Shown in pieces: positions 36,344-55,219 of a stretch of 64,000 nucleotides of DNA. The position numbers and the translations under genes were made by a program. The stretch is from Escherichia coli (GTDB lineage Bacteria > Pseudomonadota > Gammaproteobacteria > Enterobacterales > Enterobacteriaceae): assembly GCF_002854065.1 (NCBI RefSeq), contig NZ_CP024147.1; one strand, given 5' to 3'. A model generated the notes under the pieces. It was not told where the DNA came from. It saw nothing but the letters and a program-made list of their open reading frames with translations, and did not search any database. The number at the start of each line of letters is the position of its first letter. Within the stretch, counting starts at the first letter, position 1.

Positions 36344-36571
36344 ATGCAATACACTCCAGATACTGCGTGGAAAATCACTGGCTTTTCCCGTGAAATCAGC
36401 CCGGCATATCGCCAAAAACTGCTTTCTCTTGGCATGTTACCTGGCTCCTCTTTTAATGTGGTGCGCGTCGCTCCACTCGGCGACCCCATTCATATCGAAA
36501 CCCGTCGTGTGAGCCTGGTATTACGCAAAAAAGATCTGGCCTTATTAGAAGTGGAAGCGGTTTCCTGTTAA
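36344..36571 (+). CDS. feoA: Ferrous iron transport protein A (75 aa)
   Basis: ORF 75 aa recognised. Confidence 0.95.
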   Translation: MQYTPDTAWKITGFSREISPAYRQKLLSLGMLPGSSFNVVRVAPLGDPIHIETRRVSLVLRKKDLALLEVEAVSC

Positions 36572-36587
36572 TACGGTGATAACAACA

Positions 36588-38909
36588 ATGAAAAAATTAA
36601 CCATAGGCTTAATTGGTAATCCAAATTCTGGCAAGACAACCTTATTTAACCAGCTCACTGGCGCACGTCAGCGTGTAGGTAACTGGGCTGGCGTTACCGT
36701 CGAACGTAAAGAAGGGCAATTCTCCACCACCGATCATCAGGTCACGCTGGTGGACCTGCCCGGCACCTATTCTCTGACCACCATCTCATCGCAGACCTCG
36801 CTCGATGAGCAAATCGCCTGTCACTACATTTTGAGTGGCGACGCCGACCTGCTGATTAACGTGGTGGATGCGTCTAACCTTGAGCGTAACCTGTACCTGA
36901 CGCTACAACTGCTGGAACTCGGCATTCCCTGCATCGTGGCACTGAACATGCTCGACATTGCCGAGAAGCAAAATATTCGTATTGAAATTGATGCTCTGTC
37001 GGCGCGTCTTGGCTGCCCGGTGATCCCGCTGGTTTCAACCCGTGGTCGCGGTATTGAAGCGCTCAAGCTGGCGATTGATCGCTATAAAGCTAACGAGAAT
37101 GTGGAACTGGTGCATTACGCACAGCCGCTGCTCAACGAAGCAGATTCACTGGCAAAAGTGATGCCTTCCGACATCCCGCTGAAACAACGTCGCTGGCTGG
37201 GCCTGCAAATGCTGGAAGGCGATATCTACAGCCGCGCCTACGCCGGTGAAGCGTCGCAGCATCTTGATGCCGCCCTCGCCCGTCTGCGTAATGAGATGGA
37301 CGATCCGGCGCTGCACATTGCCGATGCGCGTTACCAGTGCATTGCTGCCATCTGTGATGTGGTAAGCAACACCCTGACGGCAGAACCCAGCCGTTTCACC
37401 ACTGCGGTAGATAAAATCGTGCTCAACCGTTTCCTCGGTCTGCCGATTTTCCTCTTTGTGATGTACCTGATGTTCCTGCTGGCTATCAACATCGGCGGGG
37501 CGTTACAGCCGCTGTTTGACGTCGGCTCCGTGGCGCTATTTGTGCATGGTATTCAATGGATTGGCTACACGCTCCACTTCCCGGACTGGCTGACTATCTT
37601 CCTCGCCCAGGGCTTGGGTGGCGGTATTAACACCGTGCTGCCACTGGTGCCGCAGATCGGCATGATGTACCTGTTCCTCTCCTTCCTTGAGGACTCCGGC
37701 TATATGGCGCGTGCAGCGTTTGTGATGGACCGCCTGATGCAGGCGCTGGGCTTGCCGGGGAAATCCTTTGTGCCGCTGATCGTCGGTTTCGGTTGTAACG
37801 TACCGTCGGTAATGGGTGCACGTACACTTGATGCACCGCGTGAACGTCTGATGACCATCATGATGGCACCGTTTATGTCCTGCGGCGCGCGTCTGGCTAT
37901 CTTCGCAGTATTCGCGGCTGCCTTCTTCGGGCAGAACGGTGCGCTGGCGGTCTTCTCGCTGTATATGCTCGGTATCGTGATGGCGGTGCTGACTGGCCTG
38001 ATGCTCAAGTACACCATCATGCGCGGTGAAGCGACGCCGTTTGTCATGGAGCTGCCGGTCTACCATGTACCACACGTTAAAAGCCTGATTATCCAGACCT
38101 GGCAGCGTCTGAAAGGCTTCGTTCTGCGTGCTGGTAAAGTGATTATCATCGTCAGCATTTTCCTGAGCGCTTTCAACAGCTTCTCGTTGAGCGGGAAAAT
38201 CGTCGATAACATCAACGACTCGGCGCTGGCTTCCGTCAGCCGGGTGATCACCCCGGTCTTCAAGCCGATTGGCGTGCATGAAGATAACTGGCAGGCAACA
38301 GTTGGCCTGTTTACGGGTGCAATGGCGAAAGAAGTGGTGGTGGGTACGCTCAACACCCTCTACACCGCAGAAAATATTCAGGACGAAGAGTTCAATCCGG
38401 CGGAATTTAACCTCGGTGAAGAGTTGTTCAGCGCGGTAGATGAAACCTGGCAGAGCCTGAAGGACACCTTCAGCCTTAGCGTACTGATGAACCCCATTGA
38501 AGCTAGCAAAGGCGACGGCGAAATGGGTACCGGGGCGATGGGCGTGATGGATCAGAAATTCGGTAGCGCAGCTGCCGCATACAGCTACCTGATTTTCGTC
38601 CTGCTGTATGTACCGTGCATCTCGGTGATGGGAGCCATCGCCCGTGAATCAAGCCGTGGCTGGATGGGCTTCTCCATCCTGTGGGGGCTGAATATCGCTT
38701 ACTCACTGGCAACATTGTTCTATCAGATCGCCAGCTACAGTCAGCACCCAACTTACAGCCTGGTGTGCATTCTGGCGGTTATCCTGTTTAACATCGTGGT
38801 TATCGGTCTGCTGCGCCGCGCGCGTAGCCGGGTGGATATCGAACTGCTGGCAACCCGTAAGTCGGTAAGCAGTTGCTGCGCAGCCAGCACCACCGGTGAT
38901 TGCCATTAA
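36588..38909 (+). CDS. feoB: Ferrous iron transporter FeoB, N-terminal GTPase plus permease (773 aa)
   Basis: Start [21 protein letters not shown] (G1 motif). Confidence 0.97.
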   Translation: MKKLTIGLIGNPNSGKTTLFNQLTGARQRVGNWAGVTVERKEGQFSTTDHQVTLVDLPGTYSLTTISSQTSLDEQIACHYILSGDADLLINVVDASNLERNLYLTLQLLELGIPCIVALNMLDIAEKQNIRIEIDALSARLGCPVIPLVSTRGRGIEALKLAIDRYKANENVELVHYAQPLLNEADSLAKVMPSDIPLKQRRWLGLQMLEGDIYSRAYAGEASQHLDAALARLRNEMDDPALHIADARYQCIAAICDVVSNTLTAEPSRFTTAVDKIVLNRFLGLPIFLFVMYLMFLLAINIGGALQPLFDVGSVALFVHGIQWIGYTLHFPDWLTIFLAQGLGGGINTVLPLVPQIGMMYLFLSFLEDSGYMARAAFVMDRLMQALGLPGKSFVPLIVGFGCNVPSVMGARTLDAPRERLMTIMMAPFMSCGARLAIFAVFAAAFFGQNGALAVFSLYMLGIVMAVLTGLMLKYTIMRGEATPFVMELPVYHVPHVKSLIIQTWQRLKGFVLRAGKVIIIVSIFLSAFNSFSLSGKIVDNINDSALASVSRVITPVFKPIGVHEDNWQATVGLFTGAMAKEVVVGTLNTLYTAENIQDEEFNPAEFNLGEELFSAVDETWQSLKDTFSLSVLMNPIEASKGDGEMGTGAMGVMDQKFGSAAAAYSYLIFVLLYVPCISVMGAIARESSRGWMGFSILWGLNIAYSLATLFYQIASYSQHPTYSLVCILAVILFNIVVIGLLRRARSRVDIELLATRKSVSSCCAASTTGDCH

Positions 38910-39145
38910 TGGCTTCACTTATTCAGGTGCGTGATTTGCTGGCGTTACGGGGCCGTATGGAAGCGGCCCAGATAAGCCAGACATTGAACACTCCACAGCC
39001 AATGATTAACGCCATGCTGCAACAACTGGAAAGTATGGGCAAAGCCGTGCGGATTCAGGAAGAACCTGACGGCTGCCTCTCCGGCAGTTGTAAAAGCTGC
39101 CCGGAAGGAAAAGCCTGTCTGCGCGAGTGGTGGGCGCTGCGTTAA
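38909..39145 (+). CDS. feoC: FeoC (YhgG), winged-helix protein with Cys cluster (78 aa)
   Basis: [11 protein letters not shown]...[15 protein letters not shown]; start overlaps feoB stop. Confidence 0.9.
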   Translation: MASLIQVRDLLALRGRMEAAQISQTLNTPQPMINAMLQQLESMGKAVRIQEEPDGCLSGSCKSCPEGKACLREWWALR

Positions 39146-39165
39146 CCATACTCCATCGCCTGTTT

Positions 39166-39205
39166 TGAAAAGCCCGGTATGCGTTTGCATCCGGGCTTTT
39201 TTGCG
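39166..39205 (+). terminator. feoABC intrinsic terminator AAAAGCCCGG...CCGGGCTTTTTTG
   Basis: Hairpin followed by T6. Confidence 0.75.
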
Positions 39206-39347
39206 TGCGGCTTTCCATAAAAATGCAATTCTTGCAGCGCGACGTAAGTTCCTCTGAAAGCGTCTCGCAGGGATGAAAACTCGCTAATGCACAGGTGTGG
39301 AGTGGCGCATAGAGTCGCGGCATTCAAACAACAGGTGAAGGAGCGCC

Positions 39348-40226
39348 ATGAGCAAAAAGCAGAGTTCCACCCCACACGATGCGCTGTTCAAACTCTTTTT
39401 ACGCCAACCGGAGACGGCACGCGATTTTCTTGCGTTTCATTTACCGGCACCCATTCACGCGCTCTGTGATATGAAAACCCTCAAGCTGGAGTCGAGCAGC
39501 TTTATTGATGACGATCTGCGTGAAAGCTATTCCGACGTGCTGTGGTCGGTGAAAACGGAACAAGGACCAGGATACATCTATTGTCTGATTGAACATCAAA
39601 GCACCTCAAACAAACTGATCGCATTCCGCATGATGCGTTACGCCATTGCCGCAATGCAAAATCACCTTGATGCCGGATACAAAACGTTGCCGATGGTGGT
39701 GCCATTGTTGTTTTATCACGGTATTGAAAGCCCCTATCCCTATTCGCTGTGTTGGCTGGATTGTTTCGCCGATCCCAACCTGGCAAGGCAGCTCTATGCC
39801 TCTGCATTTCCGCTGATTGATATCACCGTCATGCCTGATGATGAAATCATGCAGCACCGACGCATGGCGCTGCTGGAGTTAATTCAAAAACATATTCGTC
39901 AACGCGACCTGATGGGGCTGGTAGAACAAATGGCCTGCTTATTAAGTAGTGGATACGCTAATGACAGACAAATCAAAGGGCTGTTTAATTACATACTGCA
40001 AACCGGCGATGCGGTACGTTTTAACAATTTTATCGACGGCGTTGCCGAACGATCACCGAAACACAAGGAGAGTTTAATGACTATTGCGGAAAGATTGCGG
40101 CAGGAGGGGGAACAATCCAAAGCCCTGCATATAGCCAAAATAATGCTTGAATCCGGAGTTCCTCTTGCAGACATCATGCGCTTTACCGGGCTGTCAGAAG
40201 AAGAGTTGGCTGCGGCGAGTCAGTAA
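39348..40226 (+). CDS. rpnA: RpnA (YhgA), recombination-promoting nuclease, transposase_31 family (292 aa)
   Basis: ORF 292 aa; synteny. Confidence 0.9.
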   Translation: MSKKQSSTPHDALFKLFLRQPETARDFLAFHLPAPIHALCDMKTLKLESSSFIDDDLRESYSDVLWSVKTEQGPGYIYCLIEHQSTSNKLIAFRMMRYAIAAMQNHLDAGYKTLPMVVPLLFYHGIESPYPYSLCWLDCFADPNLARQLYASAFPLIDITVMPDDEIMQHRRMALLELIQKHIRQRDLMGLVEQMACLLSSGYANDRQIKGLFNYILQTGDAVRFNNFIDGVAERSPKHKESLMTIAERLRQEGEQSKALHIAKIMLESGVPLADIMRFTGLSEEELAAASQ

Positions 40227-40252
40227 AGTTCTGTCTCGCCATTCAAAAGTGC

Positions 40253-41744
<1,492 letters not shown>

Positions 41745-41802
41745 AGCCTCGATGATGGGCGTATTATAACCAACTAAAATAGTCAACTATTAGGCCATTA
41801 CT

Positions 41803-42378
41803 ATGATCCGTATTTCCGATGCTGCACAAGCGCACTTTGCCAAACTGCTGGCAAACCAGGAAGAAGGGACACAAATCCGCGTATTTGTGATTAACCCTGG
41901 CACGCCTAACGCTGAATGTGGTGTTTCTTATTGTCCGCCGGATGCCGTGGAAGCCACTGACACTGCCCTGAAATTTGACCTGCTGACCGCGTATGTTGAT
42001 GAGTTAAGCGCTCCTTACCTGGAAGATGCAGAGATCGATTTTGTTACCGACCAGTTGGGTTCTCAGCTAACACTGAAAGCGCCTAACGCCAAAATGCGTA
42101 AAGTGGCAGATGATGCACCACTGATGGAGCGCGTGGAGTATATGCTGCAGTCGCAGATCAACCCACAGCTTGCTGGTCACGGTGGTCGCGTTTCACTGAT
42201 GGAAATCACCGAAGACGGTTACGCCATTCTGCAATTTGGCGGCGGCTGTAACGGTTGTTCCATGGTCGATGTGACGCTGAAAGAAGGGATCGAGAAGCAG
42301 CTACTAAACGAATTCCCGGAGCTGAAAGGTGTGCGCGATCTCACCGAACACCAGCGCGGCGAACACTCCTACTACTAA
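41803..42378 (+). CDS. nfuA: Fe-S cluster carrier NfuA (191 aa)
   Basis: C-terminal Nfu domain GGGCNGCSM. Confidence 0.95.
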
Positions 42379-42435
<57 letters not shown>

Positions 42436-42562
42436 CGTTGAACATGTGCCAGACGTTGGCGCAGCATTGCTTTGGCAAATCCCTCCCTTCGTTTCCCCGC
42501 GATAATATGACCAACCTCTCATAATTTAAATTTACCCCGCTCTGGTGATTCTCAAACGCCAG

Positions 42563-42584
42563 ATGTTACCCGTATCATTCACAT
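42563..42584. promoter_or_regulatory. Putative GntR operator 1 of gntT (ATGTTACCCGTATCATTCACAT)
   Basis: Resembles GntR operator core TGTTACCCGTAACA. Confidence 0.45.
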
Positions 42585-42701
42585 GAGTACCAAACATACC
42601 CCTGACATCTGACTACAATAATTAGTTTTAGTGGGTATCAGTCGTGGTGCCGCAATATCTCTGTTCCCGATTGGGATAATTAGAGTTTGTCGTCAGAAAA
42701 T

Positions 42702-42719
42702 TGACGTTACCCATAACAA
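42702..42719. promoter_or_regulatory. Putative GntR operator 2 of gntT (TGACGTTACCCATAACAA)
   Basis: Second GTTACCC-ATAAC-like element just upstream of the gntT start. Confidence 0.45.
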
Positions 42720-42738
42720 ATGAAAGGCCAGGTAAATC

Positions 42739-44055
42739 ATGCCATTAGTCATTGTTGCTATCGGTGTAATCTTGTTGTTGCTCCTGATGATCCGCTTCAA
42801 AATGAACGGCTTCATCGCTCTCGTCCTCGTGGCGCTTGCTGTTGGATTAATGCAAGGAATGCCGCTGGATAAAGTTATTGGCTCCATCAAAGCCGGTGTC
42901 GGCGGGACGCTCGGTAGCCTTGCCCTGATCATGGGTTTTGGCGCAATGCTGGGCAAAATGCTGGCAGACTGCGGTGGCGCACAACGTATCGCCACCACGC
43001 TGATTGCCAAATTTGGTAAAAAACACATCCAGTGGGCGGTGGTACTGACCGGTTTTACCGTTGGTTTTGCCCTGTTCTATGAAGTGGGCTTTGTGCTGAT
43101 GCTGCCGCTGGTGTTTACCATCGCGGCTTCTGCGAATATTCCACTGCTGTATGTTGGTGTACCAATGGCAGCTGCACTGTCTGTGACCCACGGCTTCCTG
43201 CCACCGCATCCGGGTCCGACTGCGATTGCCACCATTTTCAATGCCGATATGGGTAAAACCCTGCTGTACGGTACTATTCTGGCAATCCCGACCGTGATTC
43301 TCGCCGGTCCGGTTTACGCTCGCGTGTTGAAAGGTATCGATAAGCCGATCCCGGAAGGTCTGTACAGCGCGAAAACCTTCAGCGAAGAAGAGATGCCGAG
43401 CTTTGGCGTCAGCGTCTGGACCTCTCTGGTGCCGGTAGTGCTGATGGCGATGCGTGCGATTGCCGAAATGATCCTGCCGAAAGGTCACGCTTTCCTGCCG
43501 GTAGCGGAGTTCCTCGGTGACCCGGTAATGGCTACGCTGATTGCCGTGCTGATTGCGATGTTCACCTTTGGCCTGAACCGTGGTCGTTCAATGGATCAGA
43601 TTAACGACACGCTGGTTTCTTCCATCAAAATCATTGCGATGATGCTGTTGATCATCGGTGGTGGCGGTGCGTTCAAGCAGGTGCTGGTAGACAGCGGCGT
43701 GGACAAATACATTGCTTCCATGATGCACGAAACCAACATTTCTCCGCTGCTGATGGCCTGGTCGATTGCTGCCGTACTGCGTATCGCGCTGGGTTCCGCA
43801 ACCGTTGCGGCAATCACTGCGGGTGGTATCGCGGCACCGCTGATTGCAACGACGGGTGTTAGCCCGGAGCTAATGGTTATTGCGGTGGGTTCCGGTAGTG
43901 TGATTTTCTCTCACGTGAACGATCCAGGCTTCTGGCTGTTCAAAGAGTACTTTAACTTGACTATCGGCGAGACCATCAAGTCCTGGTCGATGCTGGAAAC
44001 CATTATCTCGGTGTGCGGTCTGGTAGGCTGTCTGCTGCTGAATATGGTGATTTGA
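42739..44055 (+). CDS. gntT: High-affinity gluconate permease GntT (438 aa)
   Basis: ORF 438 aa recognised. Confidence 0.95.
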   Translation: MPLVIVAIGVILLLLLMIRFKMNGFIALVLVALAVGLMQGMPLDKVIGSIKAGVGGTLGSLALIMGFGAMLGKMLADCGGAQRIATTLIAKFGKKHIQWAVVLTGFTVGFALFYEVGFVLMLPLVFTIAASANIPLLYVGVPMAAALSVTHGFLPPHPGPTAIATIFNADMGKTLLYGTILAIPTVILAGPVYARVLKGIDKPIPEGLYSAKTFSEEEMPSFGVSVWTSLVPVVLMAMRAIAEMILPKGHAFLPVAEFLGDPVMATLIAVLIAMFTFGLNRGRSMDQINDTLVSSIKIIAMMLLIIGGGGAFKQVLVDSGVDKYIASMMHETNISPLLMAWSIAAVLRIALGSATVAAITAGGIAAPLIATTGVSPELMVIAVGSGSVIFSHVNDPGFWLFKEYFNLTIGETIKSWSMLETIISVCGLVGCLLLNMVI

Positions 44056-44064
44056 TAACACTGA

Positions 44065-44092
44065 CTGCCGGATGCATCGCATCCGGCATCAA
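44065..44092. repeat. Palindrome GCCGGATGCATCGCATCCGGC between convergent gntT and malQ (terminator / REP-like)
   Basis: Perfect inverted repeat. Confidence 0.55.
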
Positions 44093-44099
44093 CCGCACT

Positions 44100-46184
44100 C
44101 TACTTCTTCTTCGCTGCAGCTCTGCGCCGTCTGTCCAAATCCTTCAGCAACTTGTTCACGCCATCATCGGCAAACATCGTCTCAAGCGTTGCGGAAAGCT
44201 TGCGTCGCCAGTTTTTATACTGGTAACTGGTGCCAGGAATATTCACCGGTTCGGCCATATCCAGCCAGTCTTCCGGCTGTAGTCCTAACAGAGCACTGTT
44301 ACTGTCGGCAATGTAGCGCTGCAAACCACGGTTCAGCGTCGGCGTCATCGACATCAACGATGCCTTATGCCCGGCACGTTTTGGCAGACAACCATATTTA
44401 TGCAGTGCATCCAGCAGCCCTTGCTTCGCCAGTTCGCGATCCTGATACAGACCGCGCAGTACCACTTCATCCGGATACAGCCCCAGGGTTTTGCCCAGCG
44501 TTAGATCCCCGCTCTCCCAGTAGCCGCGTAGCGTAGGCAGGTCATGTGTCGCCGCAACCGCCATCGACTGCTCCGGATACGCTTTCGGTGCACGGAACGT
44601 CTTCTCGTGGTCGTTTTCGAAATAGAGCACTTTGTAGGAGTACACACCGCTGCTGCGCAGCTTACCGACAATCTCTACCGGTACGGTACCGAGATCTTCA
44701 CCAATCACCATACAGCGATGACGTTTACTTTCGAGTGCCAGAATCGAGAGCAGATCATCCACCGGATAGTGAACATACGCGCCCTGATCTGCCGTCTCGC
44801 CATACGGTATCCACCACAAACGCAGCATCGACATCACATGGTCAATTCGTAATGCGCCGCAGTTTTGCATATTGGCACGCAACAGCTCGATAAACGGTTC
44901 ATAGGCACGCGCGGTGATGATATGCGGGTCCATTGGCGGCAATCCCCAGTTCTGCCCCAACGGGCCGAGGATATCCGGCGGCGCGCCAACCGACGCTTTC
45001 AGGCAATACAGTTCACGGTCGCACCAGGTTTCCGCCCCACCTTCCGCTACGCCAACCGCCAGATCACGATACAAGCCAATCGGCATTTCATAGCCCTGGC
45101 TTATCTCCCAGCAGGCGGCAAACTGGCTGTAAGCCAGCCACTGCAGCCAGAGATAAAAATCAACGTCATCGCGATGTTCTTCGCAGAACTGACGCACTTC
45201 TGGTGAATCCACGTTCTGATACATCTCTGGCCATGCAGGCCAGCCCCAGCGCATTTCGTCCTCTTTCACTTGCTGGGCATGTAGCGCATCAAAGGCTGCC
45301 TGCCAGAACAGGCTGTCGCCTTGATCTGCAACAAACTGGCGAAACGCGGCCATCTGCTCATCATCACGTTGCGCGAAACCTTTCCACGCCATTCGTAATG
45401 CTGTCATTTTTAGGGCGGTAACCGTGGAGTAATCGACCCAGTCGGCATCCCGCGCCTGTTGCAGCGTCTGTTGCGTGGTCGGCAACTGCCACCAGGCCTG
45501 AGCCTCTTCGCTAAGATGGAAATCTTCGACGGCGTTAACGTCGATATAAATCACATTCAGCCAACGGCGAGAAGACGGGCTGTATGGGCTGGCGCTCTCC
45601 GGATTTGCCGGATAGAGCGCATGAATCGGGTTCAGGCCGATGAACGACCCGCCACGTTTTGCCACATCCACCAGCATCGCTTTGAGATCGCCAAAATCCC
45701 CAATACCCCAGTTTTTTTCCGATCGCAGCGTATAAAGCTGGACGCAGGCACCCCACAGCTTTTGTTTATTCAGCAACGCCTGCGGTTCGTAACAGCGTTT
45801 CGGGGCGACAATCACCCTGCAATGCGCGCGCTGGTCTTCCTGGGTAAGCGTCAGCGTGTGATAACCTTCCGGCAGCTTCGTCGGTAGATTGAACGCTTTG
45901 CCCCCAGTTACATGGCCTTTGTACTGCGTTCCTTCTTCGGTGGTCAGCAGCCAGCTATATTCGCCGCTGCCCTCCACCACCATCGGCATTTTTTTGCCGC
46001 TGGTATAAACCATGACATTCGGGACTGGCGTTACCGCCACTTTCGTGGCGGTACGTTGATGCATCGCGTCAAGCAAACGCCGTTTGGTTTCGGCGCTAAT
46101 CGACTGCGGTTTACCGTGGGCATTGATGTAATTGGGGCTAATCCCCGCCGCCAGCGCGGCATTATCCAGACGTTTGCTTTCCAT
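44100..46184 (-). CDS. malQ: 4-alpha-glucanotransferase (amylomaltase), 694 aa
   Basis: ORF 694 aa recognised. Confidence 0.97.
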   Translation of the reverse strand: MESKRLDNAALAAGISPNYINAHGKPQSISAETKRRLLDAMHQRTATKVAVTPVPNVMVYTSGKKMPMVVEGSGEYSWLLTTEEGTQYKGHVTGGKAFNLPTKLPEGYHTLTLTQEDQRAHCRVIVAPKRCYEPQALLNKQKLWGACVQLYTLRSEKNWGIGDFGDLKAMLVDVAKRGGSFIGLNPIHALYPANPESASPYSPSSRRWLNVIYIDVNAVEDFHLSEEAQAWWQLPTTQQTLQQARDADWVDYSTVTALKMTALRMAWKGFAQRDDEQMAAFRQFVADQGDSLFWQAAFDALHAQQVKEDEMRWGWPAWPEMYQNVDSPEVRQFCEEHRDDVDFYLWLQWLAYSQFAACWEISQGYEMPIGLYRDLAVGVAEGGAETWCDRELYCLKASVGAPPDILGPLGQNWGLPPMDPHIITARAYEPFIELLRANMQNCGALRIDHVMSMLRLWWIPYGETADQGAYVHYPVDDLLSILALESKRHRCMVIGEDLGTVPVEIVGKLRSSGVYSYKVLYFENDHEKTFRAPKAYPEQSMAVAATHDLPTLRGYWESGDLTLGKTLGLYPDEVVLRGLYQDRELAKQGLLDALHKYGCLPKRAGHKASLMSMTPTLNRGLQRYIADSNSALLGLQPEDWLDMAEPVNIPGTSYQYKNWRRKLSATLETMFADDGVNKLLKDLDRRRRAAAKKK

Positions 46185-46193
46185 CGAGCTTCC

Positions 46194-48611
<2,418 letters not shown>

Positions 48612-48653
48612 TCAACACAACGTTATCGCTAGTTTGCCAGGCTCGATGTTGAC

Positions 48654-48705
48654 CTTCCTCATCCTGCGGGGGATTAGGCAGGGAGGAGTTGCGGGGATGA
48701 GCAAG
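48654..48705. promoter_or_regulatory. malPQ promoter MalT boxes (CAGGATGAGG on the malP sense strand; GGGGATGAGC on the opposite strand)
   Basis: Match MalT box consensus GGGGA(T/G)GAGG. Confidence 0.5.
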
Positions 48706-49192
48706 GAAATGTGATCTCGACCACTTAAAGCTAGTGCAAACCACAGGATTAGCAGCAAATCAATGCCATACAGCGCAGAAAATCTGTATCTAAGTGCAAA
48801 AAATGGCCGTTGCGTATTTTCAAAAAGCGGAAGGTAACTCTATAAATTAAGTAAAGGAGTGAAACAGTTTCACAAGTAAAATATCCAGTGTGCTCCATCT
48901 CATTCTTAATAGATTTATTAAGATCATCTTTTTAGATAGCACTTTCATCAGGAATGAAGAAGAAACCCTTGCTTAAATGAATCTGATGAACATAAGGGAA
49001 ACCAGTATTCACGCTGGATCAGCGTCGTTTTAGGTGAGTTGTTAATAAAGATTTGGAATTGTGACACAGTGCAAATTCAGACACATAAAAAAACGTCATC
49101 GCTTGCATTAGAAAGGTTTCTGGCCGACCTTAGAACCATTAATTACGAAGCGCAAAAAAAATAATATTTCCTCATTTTCCACAGTGAAGTGA

Positions 49193-51904
<2,712 letters not shown>

Positions 51905-51964
51905 GTTTGTATAGCGTTTTTATGTACACTCTTTATACTGTATATAAAATCGCACTACAGGCTC

Positions 51965-52249
51965 ATGAATATGAAACCGGAAAGCAAAGAAGCGCCAATC
52001 AATATCAGAGCGAAAGCCTCACAGCGTGACCTGATTGATATGGCAGCGAATCTGGTCGCAAAATCGCGCACTGATTTTATGCTGGATGCCGCATGCCGTG
52101 AAGCGCAAGACATCTTATTAGATCAACGACTATTCATCCTTGATGACGAGCAATACGATGCGTTTCTCGCTGCCCTGGACGCCCCCATCACTGCTGAGCG
52201 TCAGGCCAAAATTAACGCGTTGATGAATCGTAAATCGCCATGGGAATAA
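51965..52249 (+). CDS. DUF1778 (TacA/AtaR-like) ribbon-helix-helix antitoxin, 94 aa
   Basis: INIRAKASQRDLIDMAANLVAKSRTDFMLDAACREAQDILLDQRLF...DEQYDAFLAALDAP resembles the DUF1778 antitoxin family; stop overlaps the toxin start (ATGGGAATAA). Confidence 0.75.
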   Translation: MNMKPESKEAPINIRAKASQRDLIDMAANLVAKSRTDFMLDAACREAQDILLDQRLFILDDEQYDAFLAALDAPITAERQAKINALMNRKSPWE

Positions 52250-52725
52250 CGGCTCCTACTCCCCTAACGTCTGAACATAATCTGGCTGACTTTTGCTGTT
52301 CCGATCACGGGATGAATGAATGGCTAAAAAAGAAAGCATTAAAAAATCACAGCTCCGGTCTGTCTCGTGTTTACGTTATCTGTATTGCCAATACCCGCCA
52401 GGTAATCGGCTATTACTGCCTTTCTACAGGCAGTATTCAACGTAATTTGGCCCCTGGAGCCATGCGACGTAATGCTCCCGAATCGTTGCCTGTTGTCGTA
52501 TTAGGCAGACTGGCAATTGATCAAGCCTGAGCAGGTAAAGGGTTGGGCGTCGCATTGTTGAAAGATGCAGTCTATCGCACAATGTCCATAGCTCAACAGG
52601 TAGGGGTTCGTGCGCTCATTGTTCATGCCTTAGACGATTCAGTACGCAATTTCTATCTGAAGTATGCCTTTGTACCTTCACCATTCCAGTCACTTACCTT
52701 ACTGTATCCCATTACTCTGGAGTAA
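52240..52725 (+). pseudogene. GNAT-family acetyltransferase toxin (TacT/AtaT-like), 162 codons, broken by in-frame TGA at 52528..52530
   Basis: ORFs 52240..52530 and 52543..52725 share a frame; the stop falls in LGRLAIDQA*AGKGLGVALL, immediately before the GNAT acetyl-CoA-binding G-x-G motif. Confidence 0.75.
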
Positions 52726-52774
52726 TTTACCTCTACCGGATAGTCACACTGATGAGTCTGATCCGGGAGGGATT

Positions 52775-53806
<1,032 letters not shown>

Positions 53807-55033
53807 TTATCCTTTTACGCACACCACCTGACGCAGGGTGTAGATAACTTCCACCAGATCGCTTTGTGCCGCCATCACCGCATCAATATCTTTATACGCC
53901 ATCGGGATTTCGTCGATCACTTCGGCATCTTTACGGCATTCCACATGCGCGGTAGCACGAATTTGATCTTCCACGCTGAACAGTTTTTTCGCTTTAGTAC
54001 GGCTCATTACCCGCCCGGCACCGTGGCTGCATGAACAGAACGACTCTTCATTTCCCAGCCCACGGACGATAAAGCTTTTCGCTCCCATCGACCCTGGAAT
54101 AATTCCATATTGACCAGCACGCGCAGACACCGCGCCTTTACGCGTCACGTAGATCTCTTCACCAAAGTGCTGTTCTTTTTGCACATAGTTGTGGTGACAG
54201 TTGATCTCTTCCATCGCCAGCGTTTGTGGCTGTCTGACCGTTTTCTGCGTAATGCTCTGCAACGCCGTTACTACGTTTTCCATCATCGCATCGCGGTTAA
54301 GGCTGGCAAAAAGCTGCGCCCAGGCCACGGCTTTCAGGTAATCATCAAAGTATTCCGTACCTTCCATAAAGTACGCCAGATCACGCGACGGCAATGTTTC
54401 AAGCGTTTCCTGCATCTCTTTTTGCGCCAGATCGATAAAGTAAGTCCCGATGGCATTACCAATTCCGCGTGAACCGGAGTGCAGCATAATCCACACCTGG
54501 TCCGACTCATCAAGGCAGATTTCAATAAAGTGGTTACCCGTTCCCAGCGTTCCCAGGTGTTTATAGTTGTTAGTGTTAAGGAAACGCGGATATTTTTGCG
54601 TTAACCACTGATAACCGGCCTCCAGCTCAGCCCATTTCGCATCGACGTTAACAGGCGGGTTTTCCCATGCGCCTTTATCACGTTTACAACGTCCGGTAGT
54701 ACGCCCGTGCGGCACGGCCGTTTCAATCGCCTGACGCAGCTCCGCCAGGTTTTCAGGCAGATCTGCCGCCGTTAACGCGGTACGCAGCGCGTTCATTCCA
54801 CAGCCAATATCCACGCCCACCGCCGCCGGAATAATCGCCCCTTTGGTCGGGATCACGCTACCAATGGTGGAACCTTTACCCAGGTGTACATCAGGCATTA
54901 CCGCAATATGTTTGAAAATAAACGGCATCTTCGCCGTATTAATAAGTTGCTGACGCGCATCGGCTTCTACCGGCACGCCTTTGGTCCACATTTTTACCGG
55001 GGCATTTTCAGTGGTCAGTAATTCGTAATTCAT
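53807..55033 (-). CDS. rtcB: RNA-splicing ligase RtcB (408 aa)
   Basis: ORF 408 aa recognised. Confidence 0.95.
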   Translation of the reverse strand: MNYELLTTENAPVKMWTKGVPVEADARQQLINTAKMPFIFKHIAVMPDVHLGKGSTIGSVIPTKGAIIPAAVGVDIGCGMNALRTALTAADLPENLAELRQAIETAVPHGRTTGRCKRDKGAWENPPVNVDAKWAELEAGYQWLTQKYPRFLNTNNYKHLGTLGTGNHFIEICLDESDQVWIMLHSGSRGIGNAIGTYFIDLAQKEMQETLETLPSRDLAYFMEGTEYFDDYLKAVAWAQLFASLNRDAMMENVVTALQSITQKTVRQPQTLAMEEINCHHNYVQKEQHFGEEIYVTRKGAVSARAGQYGIIPGSMGAKSFIVRGLGNEESFCSCSHGAGRVMSRTKAKKLFSVEDQIRATAHVECRKDAEVIDEIPMAYKDIDAVMAAQSDLVEVIYTLRQVVCVKG

Positions 55034-55068
55034 TTTGTTTTTCTCTTTTCGTTGGTATGTCCTGATAA

Positions 55069-55085
55069 TTGCAACCGTCGTGCCA
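55069..55085 (-). promoter_or_regulatory. sigma54 promoter of rtcBA (minus strand TGGCAC-GACGG-TTGCA)
   Basis: Matches -24/-12 consensus TGGCAC-N5-TTGCA upstream of rtcB. Confidence 0.8.
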
Positions 55086-55219
55086 GAAAATTAAATAAGC
55101 AGATTAATTTTTTAATTCATTGTTTTAAAAAAGATTATATCTTTACGTCCGTAACCGGAGATTTCCCGCAAAGCCGATTTACCGATAATGAAATATCGTC
55201 TTTTATAAGGATATCTAAG

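Noticed and set aside
37536-38279. 247-aa minus-strand ORF
   Set aside because: Antisense to feoB; His/Arg/Asp-rich, no start context.
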